A stretch of 64,000 nt of DNA from the NCBI GenBank assembly GCA_021788365.1, contig JAJYKS010000004.1:28284-92283 (forward strand), given 5' to 3'. Below, piece after piece: positions 16,750-26,649 of this stretch. Below the pieces are notes generated by a model, which had not been told where the DNA came from, searched no databases, and saw only the letters and a program-made list of their open reading frames with translations. Numbering within the stretch: the first letter of the stretch is position 1; each line of letters starts with the position of its first letter. This stretch comes from a bacterium. GTDB taxonomy: Bacteria; Patescibacteriota; Microgenomatia; UBA1400; UBA12108. Position numbers and translations under genes: made by a program.

Positions 16750-18615
16750 ATGGATAACATTCGCAATTTTTCGATAATCGCCCACATCGATCACGGCAAG
16801 ACAACCTTGACCGATCGTCTCTTGGAGGCAACCGGCACCGTGGAAAAGGGGGGAGAGGAGCGTTTGATGGACAGTAATCCCATAGAGCGGGAGCGCGGCA
16901 TCACCATCAAACTTGCCCCGGTACGGATGCTGTATCAGAAAAATACAAATAAAACTCCACAACTGAAAATTAAAAATAATGACTTGAAAAATGCAGATTC
17001 AGAACAGTATGTTCTGAATCTGATTGACACTCCCGGCCATGTCGACTTTGCCTACGAAGTGAGCCGCGCGCTCCACGCCTGTGAAGGTGCGGTTTTGGTT
17101 GTAGATGCAACTAAAGGTGTTCAGGCTCAGACTATAGCCAATCTCGATCACGCGCGGGCAGAGGGACTTGTCGTGATTCCAGTCATCAACAAAGTTGACC
17201 TTCCCGCCGCCGAGCCTGAGCGAGTGGCAAAAGAGCTAGTCGCCCTCGGGTTTGTAAAAGAAGAAATCTTGTCTGTTTCCGCAAAGACTGGTCTCGGAGT
17301 TCCTGAGCTCCTCGAAGCGATTGTTACTCGCATCCCGGCTCCTACCCCCATCACACCCGGCGCGAAGGGCGCCCACACACCGGGTGTCTCAGAACCGCTT
17401 CGTGCCTTTATCTTCAACTCCACTTTTGATCCTCACCAGGGGGTTATCGCCTTTGTAAAAGTGGTTTCCGGCACGCTAACTCGCCGCAACCTTCACAACC
17501 TCTTTCTCTGGGAGACCAAGGAGAAGCTCTCTGCTCTCGATCTTGGCGTCTTTACACCAAAGATGACTTCTATCGATTCATTGGGAGAGGGGATGGTGGG
17601 ATACGTGGCAACCGGCGCCAAAGACATTCACGACGTGACGGTCGGTGACACGGTAACGACAGTGGGAGAAACAATAACACCCATCCCGGGATATGCCCGC
17701 CCGCAACCCATGGTTTTTATGGATGTCTATCCCGTCGACGCGGACAACTATCGTGATCTGGCAGACGCGCTAGGCAAGCTAGCCTTGAATGACGCCGCCT
17801 TGACCGTTCGGCCCGCCGCATCCCCTGCCTTGGGTCACGGCTTCCGTGTGGGTTTCCTCGGTATTCTCCATGCCGAAATCGTGGTCGAGCGCCTATCGCG
17901 CGAGTTCGGAGTAGAAGTGGTAAATACCTCTCCCTCAGTACCGTACCACGTGACGACTCGTGACGGTAATCTCTTGGAGATCTCCTCTCCCGCCGACCTT
18001 CCTTCGCCAGAGACAATTACGGAAATAGAAGAACCTGTAGTCGCTCTCACCATCTTTACGCCAGAAAAATTCGTAGGCGGTATCATGGACTTGACCGTCA
18101 AAAAGCGCGCCACCTTTGTTGATATGCAATATGTCGCCGATCGGGTAAAACTTTCATATCTCATGCCACTCATTGAGATGATCACTAATTTTTATGATTC
18201 CTTAAAGTCAGTTTCTTCTGGTTATGCCTCAGTACAGTACGACCATGCCGGCTACGAGCCGGTGGATGCAGTAAAAGTAGATATTCTTCTCAATAACACT
18301 CCGGCCGACGCCTTGTCCTTTATTTCCCCACGCGAGTTTGCCGAGTCTCGCGCCCGCGCGATCGCGCTAAAACTCAAGGAAACTATTCCTCGCATGCAAT
18401 TCGAGATTCCCATCCAGGCTGTAATTGGCGGAAAGATCATCGCTCGCGAGACCGTCAAGGCATTTAGAAAAGATGTAGAAGCCAAGCTGCACGGCGGCGA
18501 CATGTCACGGAACCGCAAACTCCTAGAAAAACAAAAGAAGGGTAAGAAGCGCATGAAACAGTTCGGCACAGTCGCCGTCCCTCAAGAGGCATTCACCGCC
18601 ATTCTGAAAATCTAA
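16750..18615 (+). CDS. lepA: elongation factor 4 (LepA)
   Basis: 'NFSIIAHIDHGKTTLTDRLLE' is the G1 motif and 'DTPGHVDF' is G3. The LepA-specific C-terminal domain is present. A roughly 14-aa Lys/Asn-rich insertion sits between the G1 and G3 regions. Confidence 0.9.
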   Translation: MDNIRNFSIIAHIDHGKTTLTDRLLEATGTVEKGGEERLMDSNPIERERGITIKLAPVRMLYQKNTNKTPQLKIKNNDLKNADSEQYVLNLIDTPGHVDFAYEVSRALHACEGAVLVVDATKGVQAQTIANLDHARAEGLVVIPVINKVDLPAAEPERVAKELVALGFVKEEILSVSAKTGLGVPELLEAIVTRIPAPTPITPGAKGAHTPGVSEPLRAFIFNSTFDPHQGVIAFVKVVSGTLTRRNLHNLFLWETKEKLSALDLGVFTPKMTSIDSLGEGMVGYVATGAKDIHDVTVGDTVTTVGETITPIPGYARPQPMVFMDVYPVDADNYRDLADALGKLALNDAALTVRPAASPALGHGFRVGFLGILHAEIVVERLSREFGVEVVNTSPSVPYHVTTRDGNLLEISSPADLPSPETITEIEEPVVALTIFTPEKFVGGIMDLTVKKRATFVDMQYVADRVKLSYLMPLIEMITNFYDSLKSVSSGYASVQYDHAGYEPVDAVKVDILLNNTPADALSFISPREFAESRARAIALKLKETIPRMQFEIPIQAVIGGKIIARETVKAFRKDVEAKLHGGDMSRNRKLLEKQKKGKKRMKQFGTVAVPQEAFTAILKI

Positions 18616-18692
18616 AGTTCAGCTCCCATTCAGCAGTATCCTCGATACTTCGATATACGTATACCAAGCAAGCTAAAGTTGGAGGGTTTTGT

Positions 18693-19193
18693 ATGAACAA
18701 AAATATAGTTATGGTGGTTATTGGTATTCTCGCACTTGCAGTCGTTGTCGAGACGGGCTATATCGTCAAAACCAAACTAGGGAGTGACGAACGCGCCGAG
18801 TCGGCCGCCGCTACGCGCGAGCTAGCTGCAAGTCCTCGTGTTGCAGGCACGCATACGGCGCCGCCCCAACTCATGAAAGGCGACAAGCTCGCCGACAGCC
18901 CGCTCGCCAAATCCGCATACGAGGTATATCCCACCATGGATACCTCAGATGCAGCCAAAGCGGCACTCGTCAGCTGGACGGTCACCACCGCCAAAAACGC
19001 GGATGGCACAACCTCGGTCACGTTAACATCAAAAAATCCCGCCGATCCGGCAAGCACCTACAAAGTGAAAACGGGAGAGAAACTCTATTTTGTGGAGATG
19101 AGCGCCGGCGACGATCACGCCGATTCAGACACAGACCTCAACCTCCGCGATGACTTCGGTATAGTAGTTGATGCTTCCGGCATAGTGCAATAA
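18693..19193 (+). CDS. hypothetical membrane-anchored protein
   Basis: 166 aa with an N-terminal TM ('IVMVVIGILALAVVVETGYIV') and a soluble Ala/Thr/Asp-rich domain. It is preceded by a purine-rich, weakly SD-like stretch (aagttggagggtttt) 4 nt upstream of the ATG. Confidence 0.4.
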   Translation: MNKNIVMVVIGILALAVVVETGYIVKTKLGSDERAESAAATRELAASPRVAGTHTAPPQLMKGDKLADSPLAKSAYEVYPTMDTSDAAKAALVSWTVTTAKNADGTTSVTLTSKNPADPASTYKVKTGEKLYFVEMSAGDDHADSDTDLNLRDDFGIVVDASGIVQ

Positions 19194-19208
19194 CCCGCTT
19201 GACACAAC

Positions 19209-19235
19209 CTAGCACTCTAGCTAATATAGTGCTAA
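19209..19235 (+). promoter_or_regulatory. CIRCE operator (HrcA binding site) overlapping the hrcA promoter
   Basis: cTAGCACTC-tagctaata-TAGTGCTAA against the consensus TTAGCACTC-N9-GAGTGCTAA: 8/9 in each half with an exact 9-nt spacer. It overlaps a TTGACA (19199-19204), 17-nt spacer, TAATAT (19222-19227) promoter. Confidence 0.7.
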
Positions 19236-19260
19236 GTATTTATACTGAGTGTGTCGAAGT

Positions 19261-19992
19261 ATGAAACCACTGTCACAGCGCCAAATAAACATTATCCGCG
19301 CCATTGTTGAGGAATATACCTCGACCGGCGAGGCTGTCGGCTCCGAGACCCTGGACAAAAAATATAATCTTGGCGTCTCCCCGGCAACTATTCGCAATGA
19401 AATGGTGCGCTTGACCGACCTCGGCTACCTGAAGCAACCCCATACGAGCGCCGGCCGTGTCCCTTCCCCCCAGGCCCTCAAACTCTATGTCTCCGAGCTC
19501 ATGCGCGAGCAGGAGTTGCCGGTGACCGAAGAGGTTGCCGTCAAAGAACGTATCTGGGATCACCGCAAGCGTTTGAGCGAGCTCTTGCAAGAGACAACGC
19601 GCGTACTTTCTGAGAAAACCGGCACTATTAGCGTTGCCTCGACCGACGATGGGGAGGTATGGAGCAGCGGCTACGCCAACGTCCTTTCCCTCCCCGAGTT
19701 TTTTGATATCGATGTCACCCGCGAAGTCCTCTCCATGGTAGAGTCTCACCGCTTGCTCAATAATATTTTTGCCCGTGTCTCCGAACCCACAACCCTTCAC
19801 CTCATCTTGGGTGACGAATTCGGTCTCGAACACCTCTATCCCTGTGCCATGGCATACGTGGATTTCCGCGCGGGTAGCACTGCCGGCCACATCGGCGTCA
19901 TTGGTCCTGCACGCTTAAATTACCCCTACGTCTATCCCATGCTCCGCCACGTCTCGCATTTATTAGATGAAATTTCAGCTACCTGGAACTAG
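19261..19992 (+). CDS. hrcA: heat-inducible transcriptional repressor HrcA
   Basis: 'MKPLSQRQINIIRAIVEEYTSTGEAVGSETLDKKYNLGVSPATIRNEMVRLTDLGYLKQPHTSAGRVPS' is the HrcA winged-helix N-terminus. A CIRCE operator lies immediately upstream. The start is taken at the Met after the ORF-track extension. Confidence 0.8.
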   Translation: MKPLSQRQINIIRAIVEEYTSTGEAVGSETLDKKYNLGVSPATIRNEMVRLTDLGYLKQPHTSAGRVPSPQALKLYVSELMREQELPVTEEVAVKERIWDHRKRLSELLQETTRVLSEKTGTISVASTDDGEVWSSGYANVLSLPEFFDIDVTREVLSMVESHRLLNNIFARVSEPTTLHLILGDEFGLEHLYPCAMAYVDFRAGSTAGHIGVIGPARLNYPYVYPMLRHVSHLLDEISATWN

Positions 19993-19994
19993 AT

Positions 19995-20513
19995 ATGACG
20001 ACCGCCCACGCTAAAACCCAATCAGTAGTTCCTCCTGCCACGTCCACGCAGACGGACGGTGGCCGTGAACTCCTTGAATCTAAAATCTCTCTTCTAGAAT
20101 CTAAATTGGCCCGCGCCCTTGCCGATTACGCCAATCTCGAGAAGAGGTTTGAGAAGGATAGTGCAAGTGTAGTGAAATTCGCGAATGCCAATTTGCTGGA
20201 GAAACTGCTCGACCTTCGCGATCACCTCGAATCCGCTTCCCTTCACCTCTCGGATAAAAGCCTCCCCATGCTCCTTTCGCTCTTCGACAAAATCTTGAGC
20301 GAAGAGGGGGTAGTCGAGGTAAAAACAGACGGAACCTTCGATCCCGCCGTCATGGAATGTCACGAAACGGTGTCGGGGGAAAAAGACAAAATTGTCTCAG
20401 TCGCTCGTCGTGGCTACATGCTCTTCGGCCGTCTCCTGCGTCCCGCCCGCGTTGTGGTTGGAAGCGGTGAGAAGGTTTCTCCCGCTAACAAGGCGAGCGA
20501 AGCGAGCGTTTAG
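19995..20513 (+). CDS. grpE: nucleotide exchange factor GrpE
   Basis: 172 aa with a coiled-coil ('LESKLARALADYANLEKRFEKD') and a C-terminal beta domain. It sits between hrcA and dnaK, the canonical operon position. Confidence 0.8.
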   Translation: MTTAHAKTQSVVPPATSTQTDGGRELLESKISLLESKLARALADYANLEKRFEKDSASVVKFANANLLEKLLDLRDHLESASLHLSDKSLPMLLSLFDKILSEEGVVEVKTDGTFDPAVMECHETVSGEKDKIVSVARRGYMLFGRLLRPARVVVGSGEKVSPANKASEASV

Positions 20514-20554
20514 TCGAACCTGAGCGTGTCGAAGGTGAGACCGGGAGAAACCTT
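20471..20554. repeat. related palindromic element spanning the grpE 3' end and the grpE-dnaK intergenic region
   Basis: The arms GAAGGTTTCTCCC (inside the grpE C-terminal codons) and GGGAGAAACCTT flank an interior containing GTTTAGTCGAAC-CTGAGCGTGTCGAAGG-TGAGACC. Confidence 0.5.
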
Positions 20555-20601
20555 AAAGTAAAAGTAAGTTGATATTTGAAAATTGACCAAAAGGAGGTCG
20601 T

Positions 20602-22515
20602 ATGTCTAAAACCATCGGAATAGATTTGGGTACCACCAACTCGTGTGTTGCGGTCATGGAGGGCGGCAAGCCCAAAGTGATCCCGAGCGCCGAAGGATCA
20701 AACACCATTCCCAGTATTGTGGAACCCGTAAAGAACTTGGTTGGCCAAGTGGCCAAAAACCAAATGGTCCTAAATGCCAAGAACACCATCTACAGCGTAA
20801 AACGCTTGATGGGCCGCAAGATGAGCGACAAAATGGTGCAGGAAACCGTCAAAAAAGTACCGTACGAGGTGGTCGCCGGTTCTGCCGACATGGCCGCGGT
20901 GAAAGTAAACGGCAAAGTCTACACCCCACAAGAAATCTCCGCGAAGATCTTACAGAAATGCAAAGCCGACGCCGAGGCTTACCTTGGCGAGACGGTCACG
21001 GAGGCAGTCATCACCGTCCCCGCCTACTTCGACGACTCCCAGCGCCAGGCTACCAAACAGGCCGGTGAAATTGCCGGTCTCACGGTCAAGCGCATAGTAA
21101 ACGAGCCCACAGCCGCAGCATTAGCTTACGGCCTGGACAAAAAGAAATCCGGCAAGATTGCGGTCTATGACCTCGGCGGCGGCACGTTCGACATCTCGGT
21201 ATTGGAGATTGGCGACGGCGTCTTTGAGGTCAAAGCCACGAATGGCGATACATTCCTGGGTGGCGACGACTTCAACAACAAGATCATGGATTACATAGTC
21301 GCAGAATTTAAGAAAGATCAGGGCGTCGACCTATCGGGCGACAAGCAGGCGCTGCAACGTATTCGCGACGCCGCCGAGAAAGCCAAGATAGAGCTGTCGA
21401 GCAGCCAGTCTGCCGAGATCAACCAGCCATTTATTACCCAGGGCAAAGACGGTCCCCTCCACCTCACCATGACCTTGACTCGCGCCAAACTAGAGGAGCT
21501 CACGGACGACCTTATTCAAAGATCGATCGAGCCGGTCAAGAAATGCTTGGCAGATGCGAAGCTAAAACCCTCCGACATCGACGAAGTCGTGCTTGTGGGT
21601 GGCCAGACCCGCATGCCCAAAGTGCAACAAGTCGTGAAAGACTTCTTCGGCCGCGAGCCACACAAAGGCGTGAATCCTGACGAGGTAGTAGCGGTGGGCG
21701 CCGCAATTCAGGCCGGCATCTTGGGCGGCGAAGTCAACGACATCTTGCTCCTGGACGTGACGCCCCTTACGCTCGGCATCGAGACGATGGGTGCAGTGAT
21801 GACGCCTCTGATAGATCGCAACACCACCGTACCTACGAGCAAGAGCCAGGTGTTCTCGACAGCCGCAGACAACCAGCCACAGGTCGAGGTAAACGTACTC
21901 CAGGGCGAGCGCCCCATGGCAACGGACAATAAGAGCTTGGGCCGCTTTGTCCTCGATGGTATCGCCCCCGCGCCTCGCGGCGTGCCGCAGATCGAGGTCA
22001 CCTTTGACATCGATAGTAACGGTATCCTCCATGTTAGTGCCAAAGACAAGGGCACCGGCAAAGAGCAGAAGATCACCATAAAAAATGCTACGAACTTGTC
22101 GGACGAAGAAATCCAAAAGATGAAATCCGAGGCCGAGAAGCACGCCGAGGAAGACAAGGCCAAGAAGGCACTCGTAGAAAAGAAAAACGAAGCCGACAGC
22201 CTCATTTTCCAAACGGAAAAAACATTGAAGGACGCCGGTGACAAGATAACCGCCGATGAGAAAAAGGATATCGACGAAGCCGTAAAGGCGCTAAAAGAAG
22301 CGAAGGATAAAAGTGACGCCACGGTCGAGTCTATCGACGAAGCGTTCAAGAAAGCCTCTGACGCTCTATCGAAATACGGTGAGCGCCTATACAAGGCGAG
22401 TTCTAACGAGCCGCAGTCATCCGAAGCTTCAGCGCAGGATGGTAAAGCCGAGCCGCCCAAGGGCGACCAACCGGAAGAGGGTCAGGTCGTCGACGACCCC
22501 GGTGACAAGAAATAA
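20602..22515 (+). CDS. dnaK: molecular chaperone DnaK (Hsp70)
   Basis: '[14 protein letters not shown]', 'DLGGGTFD' and '[10 protein letters not shown]' are unmistakable Hsp70 signatures. An SD (aaggagg) precedes the start and a terminator hairpin follows the stop. Confidence 0.95.
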   Translation: MSKTIGIDLGTTNSCVAVMEGGKPKVIPSAEGSNTIPSIVEPVKNLVGQVAKNQMVLNAKNTIYSVKRLMGRKMSDKMVQETVKKVPYEVVAGSADMAAVKVNGKVYTPQEISAKILQKCKADAEAYLGETVTEAVITVPAYFDDSQRQATKQAGEIAGLTVKRIVNEPTAAALAYGLDKKKSGKIAVYDLGGGTFDISVLEIGDGVFEVKATNGDTFLGGDDFNNKIMDYIVAEFKKDQGVDLSGDKQALQRIRDAAEKAKIELSSSQSAEINQPFITQGKDGPLHLTMTLTRAKLEELTDDLIQRSIEPVKKCLADAKLKPSDIDEVVLVGGQTRMPKVQQVVKDFFGREPHKGVNPDEVVAVGAAIQAGILGGEVNDILLLDVTPLTLGIETMGAVMTPLIDRNTTVPTSKSQVFSTAADNQPQVEVNVLQGERPMATDNKSLGRFVLDGIAPAPRGVPQIEVTFDIDSNGILHVSAKDKGTGKEQKITIKNATNLSDEEIQKMKSEAEKHAEEDKAKKALVEKKNEADSLIFQTEKTLKDAGDKITADEKKDIDEAVKALKEAKDKSDATVESIDEAFKKASDALSKYGERLYKASSNEPQSSEASAQDGKAEPPKGDQPEEGQVVDDPGDKK

Positions 22516-22528
22516 AGTTTAGTTGATA

Positions 22529-22553
22529 AAAGCCCCCGCAAGGGGGCTTTTGC
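22529..22553 (+). terminator. rho-independent terminator after dnaK
   Basis: AGCCCCCgcaaGGGGGCT hairpin followed by TTTTGC, 14 nt after the dnaK stop. Confidence 0.7.
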
Positions 22554-22562
22554 TTAATTAAT

Positions 22563-23132
22563 ATGAGCGCAGAATCAATAAATCTAAAAGATTGGATCGA
22601 AGAACTCGTTCACATTCAAAACGATGTCTATTTCCTATCGATAAATAATAAAGATTTTATTACCCTTTCAGAGGAATTTAATAGCAAAAGGCTGAATCCA
22701 TTTGTATGGGAATTTATAAAACGTAATTACGTGACTTCAATGTCAGTGGCTATTAGGAGATTAATGGACAATCGTAAAGATTGCCACAGCCTGCTAAAAC
22801 TACTATCAAACATAGAAAGACGTTCATCGGACATAAATACAAAATGGTTTCTCGAACAATGGCCTGGCGGATCAGTGGAAACAAAGTTTAAAGAGTTTTT
22901 CGGTAATAATAATCACGTAAAAAAGCAAGTCATACAAAATCATATTGAAGAGTTAAAACGAGTTACAAGGGCAATTTGTGAGAGAACCAACATTTATGAA
23001 GCGCACAATGCAAAGAAAAAGGATCTAAAAATAATACCCACATACAGAGATGTTGATGTCGCAGTTGACACAATCAAAGTAGTATATGCCAAATACTGGT
23101 ATCTTCTGAAACAAGGGGATCTTTCGATTTAA
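22563..23132 (+). CDS. hypothetical protein in a strongly AT-rich island segment
   Basis: 189 aa, Lys/Asn/Ile-rich. The DNA is visibly AT-richer than the flanks. No recognisable catalytic motif. Confidence 0.4.
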   Translation: MSAESINLKDWIEELVHIQNDVYFLSINNKDFITLSEEFNSKRLNPFVWEFIKRNYVTSMSVAIRRLMDNRKDCHSLLKLLSNIERRSSDINTKWFLEQWPGGSVETKFKEFFGNNNHVKKQVIQNHIEELKRVTRAICERTNIYEAHNAKKKDLKIIPTYRDVDVAVDTIKVVYAKYWYLLKQGDLSI

Positions 23133-23269
23133 ACTGGACTGATTCTCATTACCTTTGTCTTGCAGGACTGCCACCTCATCCATAAACTTTTCGCCAAATA
23201 GTCTGATAGTTCGAATCATTAAACTTACGAAGTTACCACTATTGGCATAACATAGGTTAGAATAATACT

Positions 23270-23560
23270 ATGAGTATGGAAGATTTTTTCGCAAGACTTA
23301 AGGAAAACGAAGAGCCGACGAAGGAAATTGAAGTTCCATCAAGAAAGGGTGTCCCTACCAATACGCTATTAGACGCATCGGACGAAAGCTCTTCACAGAC
23401 AGCAGATATCGCTGAGGGTCTACGCTGGGGACATACTGAAGGAAATATGCACTCAGGTGGAGCGCTCATGCAACTAGTTAATTTTTGCGCACACGCCATA
23501 GGACTAGGAACAAGAGGAAAGCGCTCACACAACAATCGGGACGATTTTACGATTAGCTAA
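23270..23560 (+). CDS. hypothetical small acidic protein
   Basis: 96 aa. The + frame translates to a charged, protein-like sequence. The overlapping minus-strand ORF (23257..23535) is Cys/Ser-rich and less plausible. Confidence 0.3.
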   Translation: MSMEDFFARLKENEEPTKEIEVPSRKGVPTNTLLDASDESSSQTADIAEGLRWGHTEGNMHSGGALMQLVNFCAHAIGLGTRGKRSHNNRDDFTIS

Positions 23561-23654
23561 CTTGAATGGAATCGTGTGTTAATGTGTCAGCAATTCATTC
23601 TCTCCACGGCGGTGGTCACCAAAGTAAGCTTGACCCATCTGGGATAATAACTCC

Positions 23655-24041
23655 ATGTGTCCAGAACATGCAGGTGTTGTCATAATCGACGACGAAACCG
23701 AAAATCTAGCTGATATCAGCCAGTGTCTACAACAAGAAGGTCATCAAGTTATTGGAGAATATCAAAGTTTCGTTGCAGTAAAAGAGGCTCTTGAAAATAA
23801 GACCTTCCCCTTTGGTCTGGTCCAAGTGATTATCGCCGACGCCGCGGCGGGAAGAAATCCCCTAGGCGCACCTGCAATTCGTGAAATTAGGGCCGCAGCA
23901 GATGAGCTTGGCATTAAAATGGCTTACGTTATTGGCAATAGCTCGATGTATCCAGTCGAAGGAGCGAACATAAATAATATCGGAAAAGATTTAAGCGCGT
24001 TACCCAAGCTAGTTACCGCCGCACCCGACGTCTTAAAATAA
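23655..24041 (+). CDS. orphan CheY-like receiver (REC) domain protein without an output domain
   Basis: 128 aa. 'VVIIDDETENLADISQCLQQEGHQVIGEYQSFVAVKEAL' has the beta1-alpha1 acidic pocket of REC domains, and 'VQVIIADAAAG' has a candidate phospho-acceptor Asp. Confidence 0.4.
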   Translation: MCPEHAGVVIIDDETENLADISQCLQQEGHQVIGEYQSFVAVKEALENKTFPFGLVQVIIADAAAGRNPLGAPAIREIRAAADELGIKMAYVIGNSSMYPVEGANINNIGKDLSALPKLVTAAPDVLK

Positions 24042-24060
24042 GTCTTGTTACAATACCCTC

Positions 24061-24675
24061 ATGCCAGGAATATTATTTCTCCACGGCGGCGGCCACTCGA
24101 GCCACACCCGCTACACGAAACTCGAAGAGAAATTTAACAAGCTTGGTATTTTCACTCGTGCTTTCGACCATCACGCCACTTCCCTCGCCGGCCGTCTCGC
24201 CGAAGCAGAGACCGAACTCGCGCAACTAAAAAAAGATCACCACCTTACCGACGCGGACGTTTTCATTTGGGGCTCCAGCATGGGCGGGCACGTGGCCTGC
24301 CGGCTCGCGGAGAGTCACCCCACACTCCGCGGTCTCATCCTCCAGTCGGCAGCCGCCTACTCCGAGGCAGCCGAGAATATCCCGTTTGGCCCAGCCTTCA
24401 CCGCCGAGCTGCAGCGGGAGGGGAGCTGGCAAGATAGTCCCGCCTTCGCGGCAATAGATACGTTCGCCGGTCCCGTACTGGTCATGTACGGGGAGGGAGA
24501 CGACGTGATCCCAGTGGGGGTAAAAGACAAATATCGAGCCCGCGCGGGCAAAAATGGGAACTACTTCACCCTCCCCGGTGCCGGCCACTCACTCCTCCGT
24601 CCCGGCACGCCGAGCGCGTTCACGGCCTGGGACACCATACTCTCCCACGCCATCGACTTTGTTAAACAAAATTAG
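24061..24675 (+). CDS. alpha/beta-fold hydrolase
   Basis: 204 aa. The N-terminal oxyanion region 'ILFLHGGGHSS', the nucleophile elbow 'WGSSMGG' (GxSxG), and later Asp/His candidates ('GEGDDVIP', 'GAGHSL') are all present. Confidence 0.55.
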   Translation: MPGILFLHGGGHSSHTRYTKLEEKFNKLGIFTRAFDHHATSLAGRLAEAETELAQLKKDHHLTDADVFIWGSSMGGHVACRLAESHPTLRGLILQSAAAYSEAAENIPFGPAFTAELQREGSWQDSPAFAAIDTFAGPVLVMYGEGDDVIPVGVKDKYRARAGKNGNYFTLPGAGHSLLRPGTPSAFTAWDTILSHAIDFVKQN

Positions 24676-24771
24676 ATTGCATACCAGGTATGTGATCTGG
24701 TGATATTGGGATAATTCAAGAACTACTATTATTCGAATAATAGTAGTTTTAGAAATTGCTAGAATACTCCT

Positions 24772-25242
24772 ATGTACTCGCACGTCCCCAAAGATTACAT
24801 TTGTCCCATCTGTCTAGGAGTAAGCGGCGTGGAGGGCAAAGGCACACTTCTTCTCCAGCAAGACGTCATATATCAGGGCAAAATCGTTACGGCATTTATT
24901 AATTCGTTCTGGATTAAAAATAACCCCGGCCACGTCATTGTGGTACCCAATGAGCATGTAGAAAACGTATATGATCTGTCTCCCGACCTGGCTACCCACA
25001 TTTTTGTAATTGCCCAGAAAATCTCCCTCGCGATGAAGGTGGCATACAAATGCGACGGCATCACGCTCCTCCAAAACAACGAACCAGCGGGTGGCCAACA
25101 CGCCTTCCACTATCATCTCCACATTTTTCCTCGCTACGACGGCGACGAGCTACACAAACATATGGACAACAAACAGCTCGCTGATCCTGCCTCTCGCGCC
25201 ACATACGCTGCAAAAATCCGTCGCTACTTCAACACGAAATAA
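24772..25242 (+). CDS. HIT-family (histidine triad) nucleotide hydrolase/transferase with an N-terminal CxxC
   Basis: 'QHAFHYHLHIFPR' is the HxHxHxx histidine-triad motif. 'CPICLG' at the N-terminus is zinc-binding-like. Confidence 0.7.
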   Translation: MYSHVPKDYICPICLGVSGVEGKGTLLLQQDVIYQGKIVTAFINSFWIKNNPGHVIVVPNEHVENVYDLSPDLATHIFVIAQKISLAMKVAYKCDGITLLQNNEPAGGQHAFHYHLHIFPRYDGDELHKHMDNKQLADPASRATYAAKIRRYFNTK

Positions 25243-25278
25243 TGGCGAGATAGTATCTTATCTTGCTACAATATTCAT

Positions 25279-25839
25279 ATGCAACATCCTCGTCTGTTTC
25301 TCATTCACGGTTGGGGTGGCAGTCCCCAAAAGGATTGGATGCCGTGGGCAAAGAAAGCATGGGAAGAAAAAGGGTTCGACGTCTACCTTCCCCCAATGCC
25401 GGACACTGACATGCCCAAAATAGACGCATGGGTTGGCTATCTTACTACGCTCGTAGGAGAACTGCGGCCCAGCGACGTATTTGTCGGCCACAGTATTGGT
25501 TGCCAAACCATCCTTCGCTATCTCGAAAAACAGCAAGGGAAGGTGGACAAGGTTGTGCTTGTTGCGCCGTGGTTCACGCTCACCAATCTCGAAAACGCTG
25601 CAGCATGGACGATCGCCGATCCATGGTTAAAGTCTACAATGAACTTCGCACAAATTATCCCAAAAGCCAATACATTCGTAACAATTTTTTCCGATAATGA
25701 TCCTTGGGTGCCGTACGGCGAAAACAAAACACTTTTTGAGCAAAAGTTGCATCCCAAAATAGTGACGCTTCACGCCAAAGGTCACATGACGGATGAAGAA
25801 GGTGTGTCAGAGCTTCCCGAGCTTCTACTCGAGTTATAA
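25279..25839 (+). CDS. alpha/beta hydrolase, YdeN/RBBP9-like serine hydrolase family
   Basis: 186 aa. 'LFLIHGWGGSPQKDWMPW' and the nucleophile elbow 'VGHSIGC' match the short RBBP9/YdeN-type serine hydrolases. Confidence 0.5.
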   Translation: MQHPRLFLIHGWGGSPQKDWMPWAKKAWEEKGFDVYLPPMPDTDMPKIDAWVGYLTTLVGELRPSDVFVGHSIGCQTILRYLEKQQGKVDKVVLVAPWFTLTNLENAAAWTIADPWLKSTMNFAQIIPKANTFVTIFSDNDPWVPYGENKTLFEQKLHPKIVTLHAKGHMTDEEGVSELPELLLEL

Positions 25840-25846
25840 TACGTGC

Positions 25847-26521
25847 ATGCAACTATCGGAGGCACAAGAATTAGTCAAACAGGGCGAAGCACGGCGGGAA
25901 GCAGCAGATTTCGAGGGTGCGATTAAATTCCTCACCGAAGCTATAAAGCTGCTCACAAAAGAGAAATCGTACGCCGACCTGGTCGTCGCCTACAAAGATC
26001 TCTCCCTCACCTACGTCCACAAATATAACTATGGTGAGGGTAGTAGCAACTTAGACAAGGCCAAACAATACGCCGAGGGAATGCTCACAGTTGCCAGGAA
26101 ACACGCTCCAGATTCTATCGCCCTTGCCTACTTCACACTCGCCAAAGCTGTAGAGCTACAAGGCGATCTTACCGCAGCCCGCACAGCATATAAACAAGCG
26201 TTGGAGTTATATAAGGGCTCGCTCGCCGAGCGTGGTGACTATCGCTATCACTACGGCGAGGCGCTCTACATAACCGGCGATAAGAGCGAGGGGAAGCGGC
26301 AAATGGAGACGGGGCTCGCCGAGATTCGCGATGGGGTCGGGGAGGTGGACGACTTCCTCACCGCCGTGTGGGAAACACGCTGTCTCATACGACTGGCATA
26401 CGTTCTAAATAGTGATGACCCGGCTGCAGCCACTAAATATCGGGGAGAAGCAAAAAACCATCTCGAGGCAGACCTCCGCCTCGTCATCCTAAAAAAACAA
26501 TTCCTCGAGCTCTTTTTTTAG
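25847..26521 (+). CDS. tetratricopeptide-repeat (TPR)-like protein
   Basis: Repeated 34-aa helical pairs, for example 'AIKFLTEAIKLL', 'LAYFTLAKAVELQGDLTAARTAYKQALELY' and 'HYGEALYITGD'. The start is moved to the internal Met after the overlap with the preceding gene. Confidence 0.45.
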   Translation: MQLSEAQELVKQGEARREAADFEGAIKFLTEAIKLLTKEKSYADLVVAYKDLSLTYVHKYNYGEGSSNLDKAKQYAEGMLTVARKHAPDSIALAYFTLAKAVELQGDLTAARTAYKQALELYKGSLAERGDYRYHYGEALYITGDKSEGKRQMETGLAEIRDGVGEVDDFLTAVWETRCLIRLAYVLNSDDPAAATKYRGEAKNHLEADLRLVILKKQFLELFF

Positions 26522-26649
26522 CATAACCCATAGGCAGATCTAATCACCAAAAAGACGCTAACCAGCACAAAACCGTAGCTGCGGAATCCTCACAGATATA
26601 TGCTTGCAGGCTTTCCCACACCCAAATAATAGTCCATAATCAATACATC

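Noticed and set aside
21562-22460. Long minus-strand ORFs (216 and 250 aa) inside dnaK
   Set aside because: They are antisense to an unmistakable Hsp70 gene. Their low-complexity Ser/Ala/Leu-rich translations are typical of out-of-frame readings of GC-rich coding DNA.
23590-23625. Sequence 'TCTCTCCACGGCGGTGGTCACC' resembling the 5' end of the alpha/beta hydrolase gene (24085-24110, 'TTCTCCACGGCGGCGGCCACTC')
   Set aside because: It is only about 17-20 nt of similarity with mismatches. It could be a relic of a duplicated gene start, but the evidence is too short to call a pseudogene.
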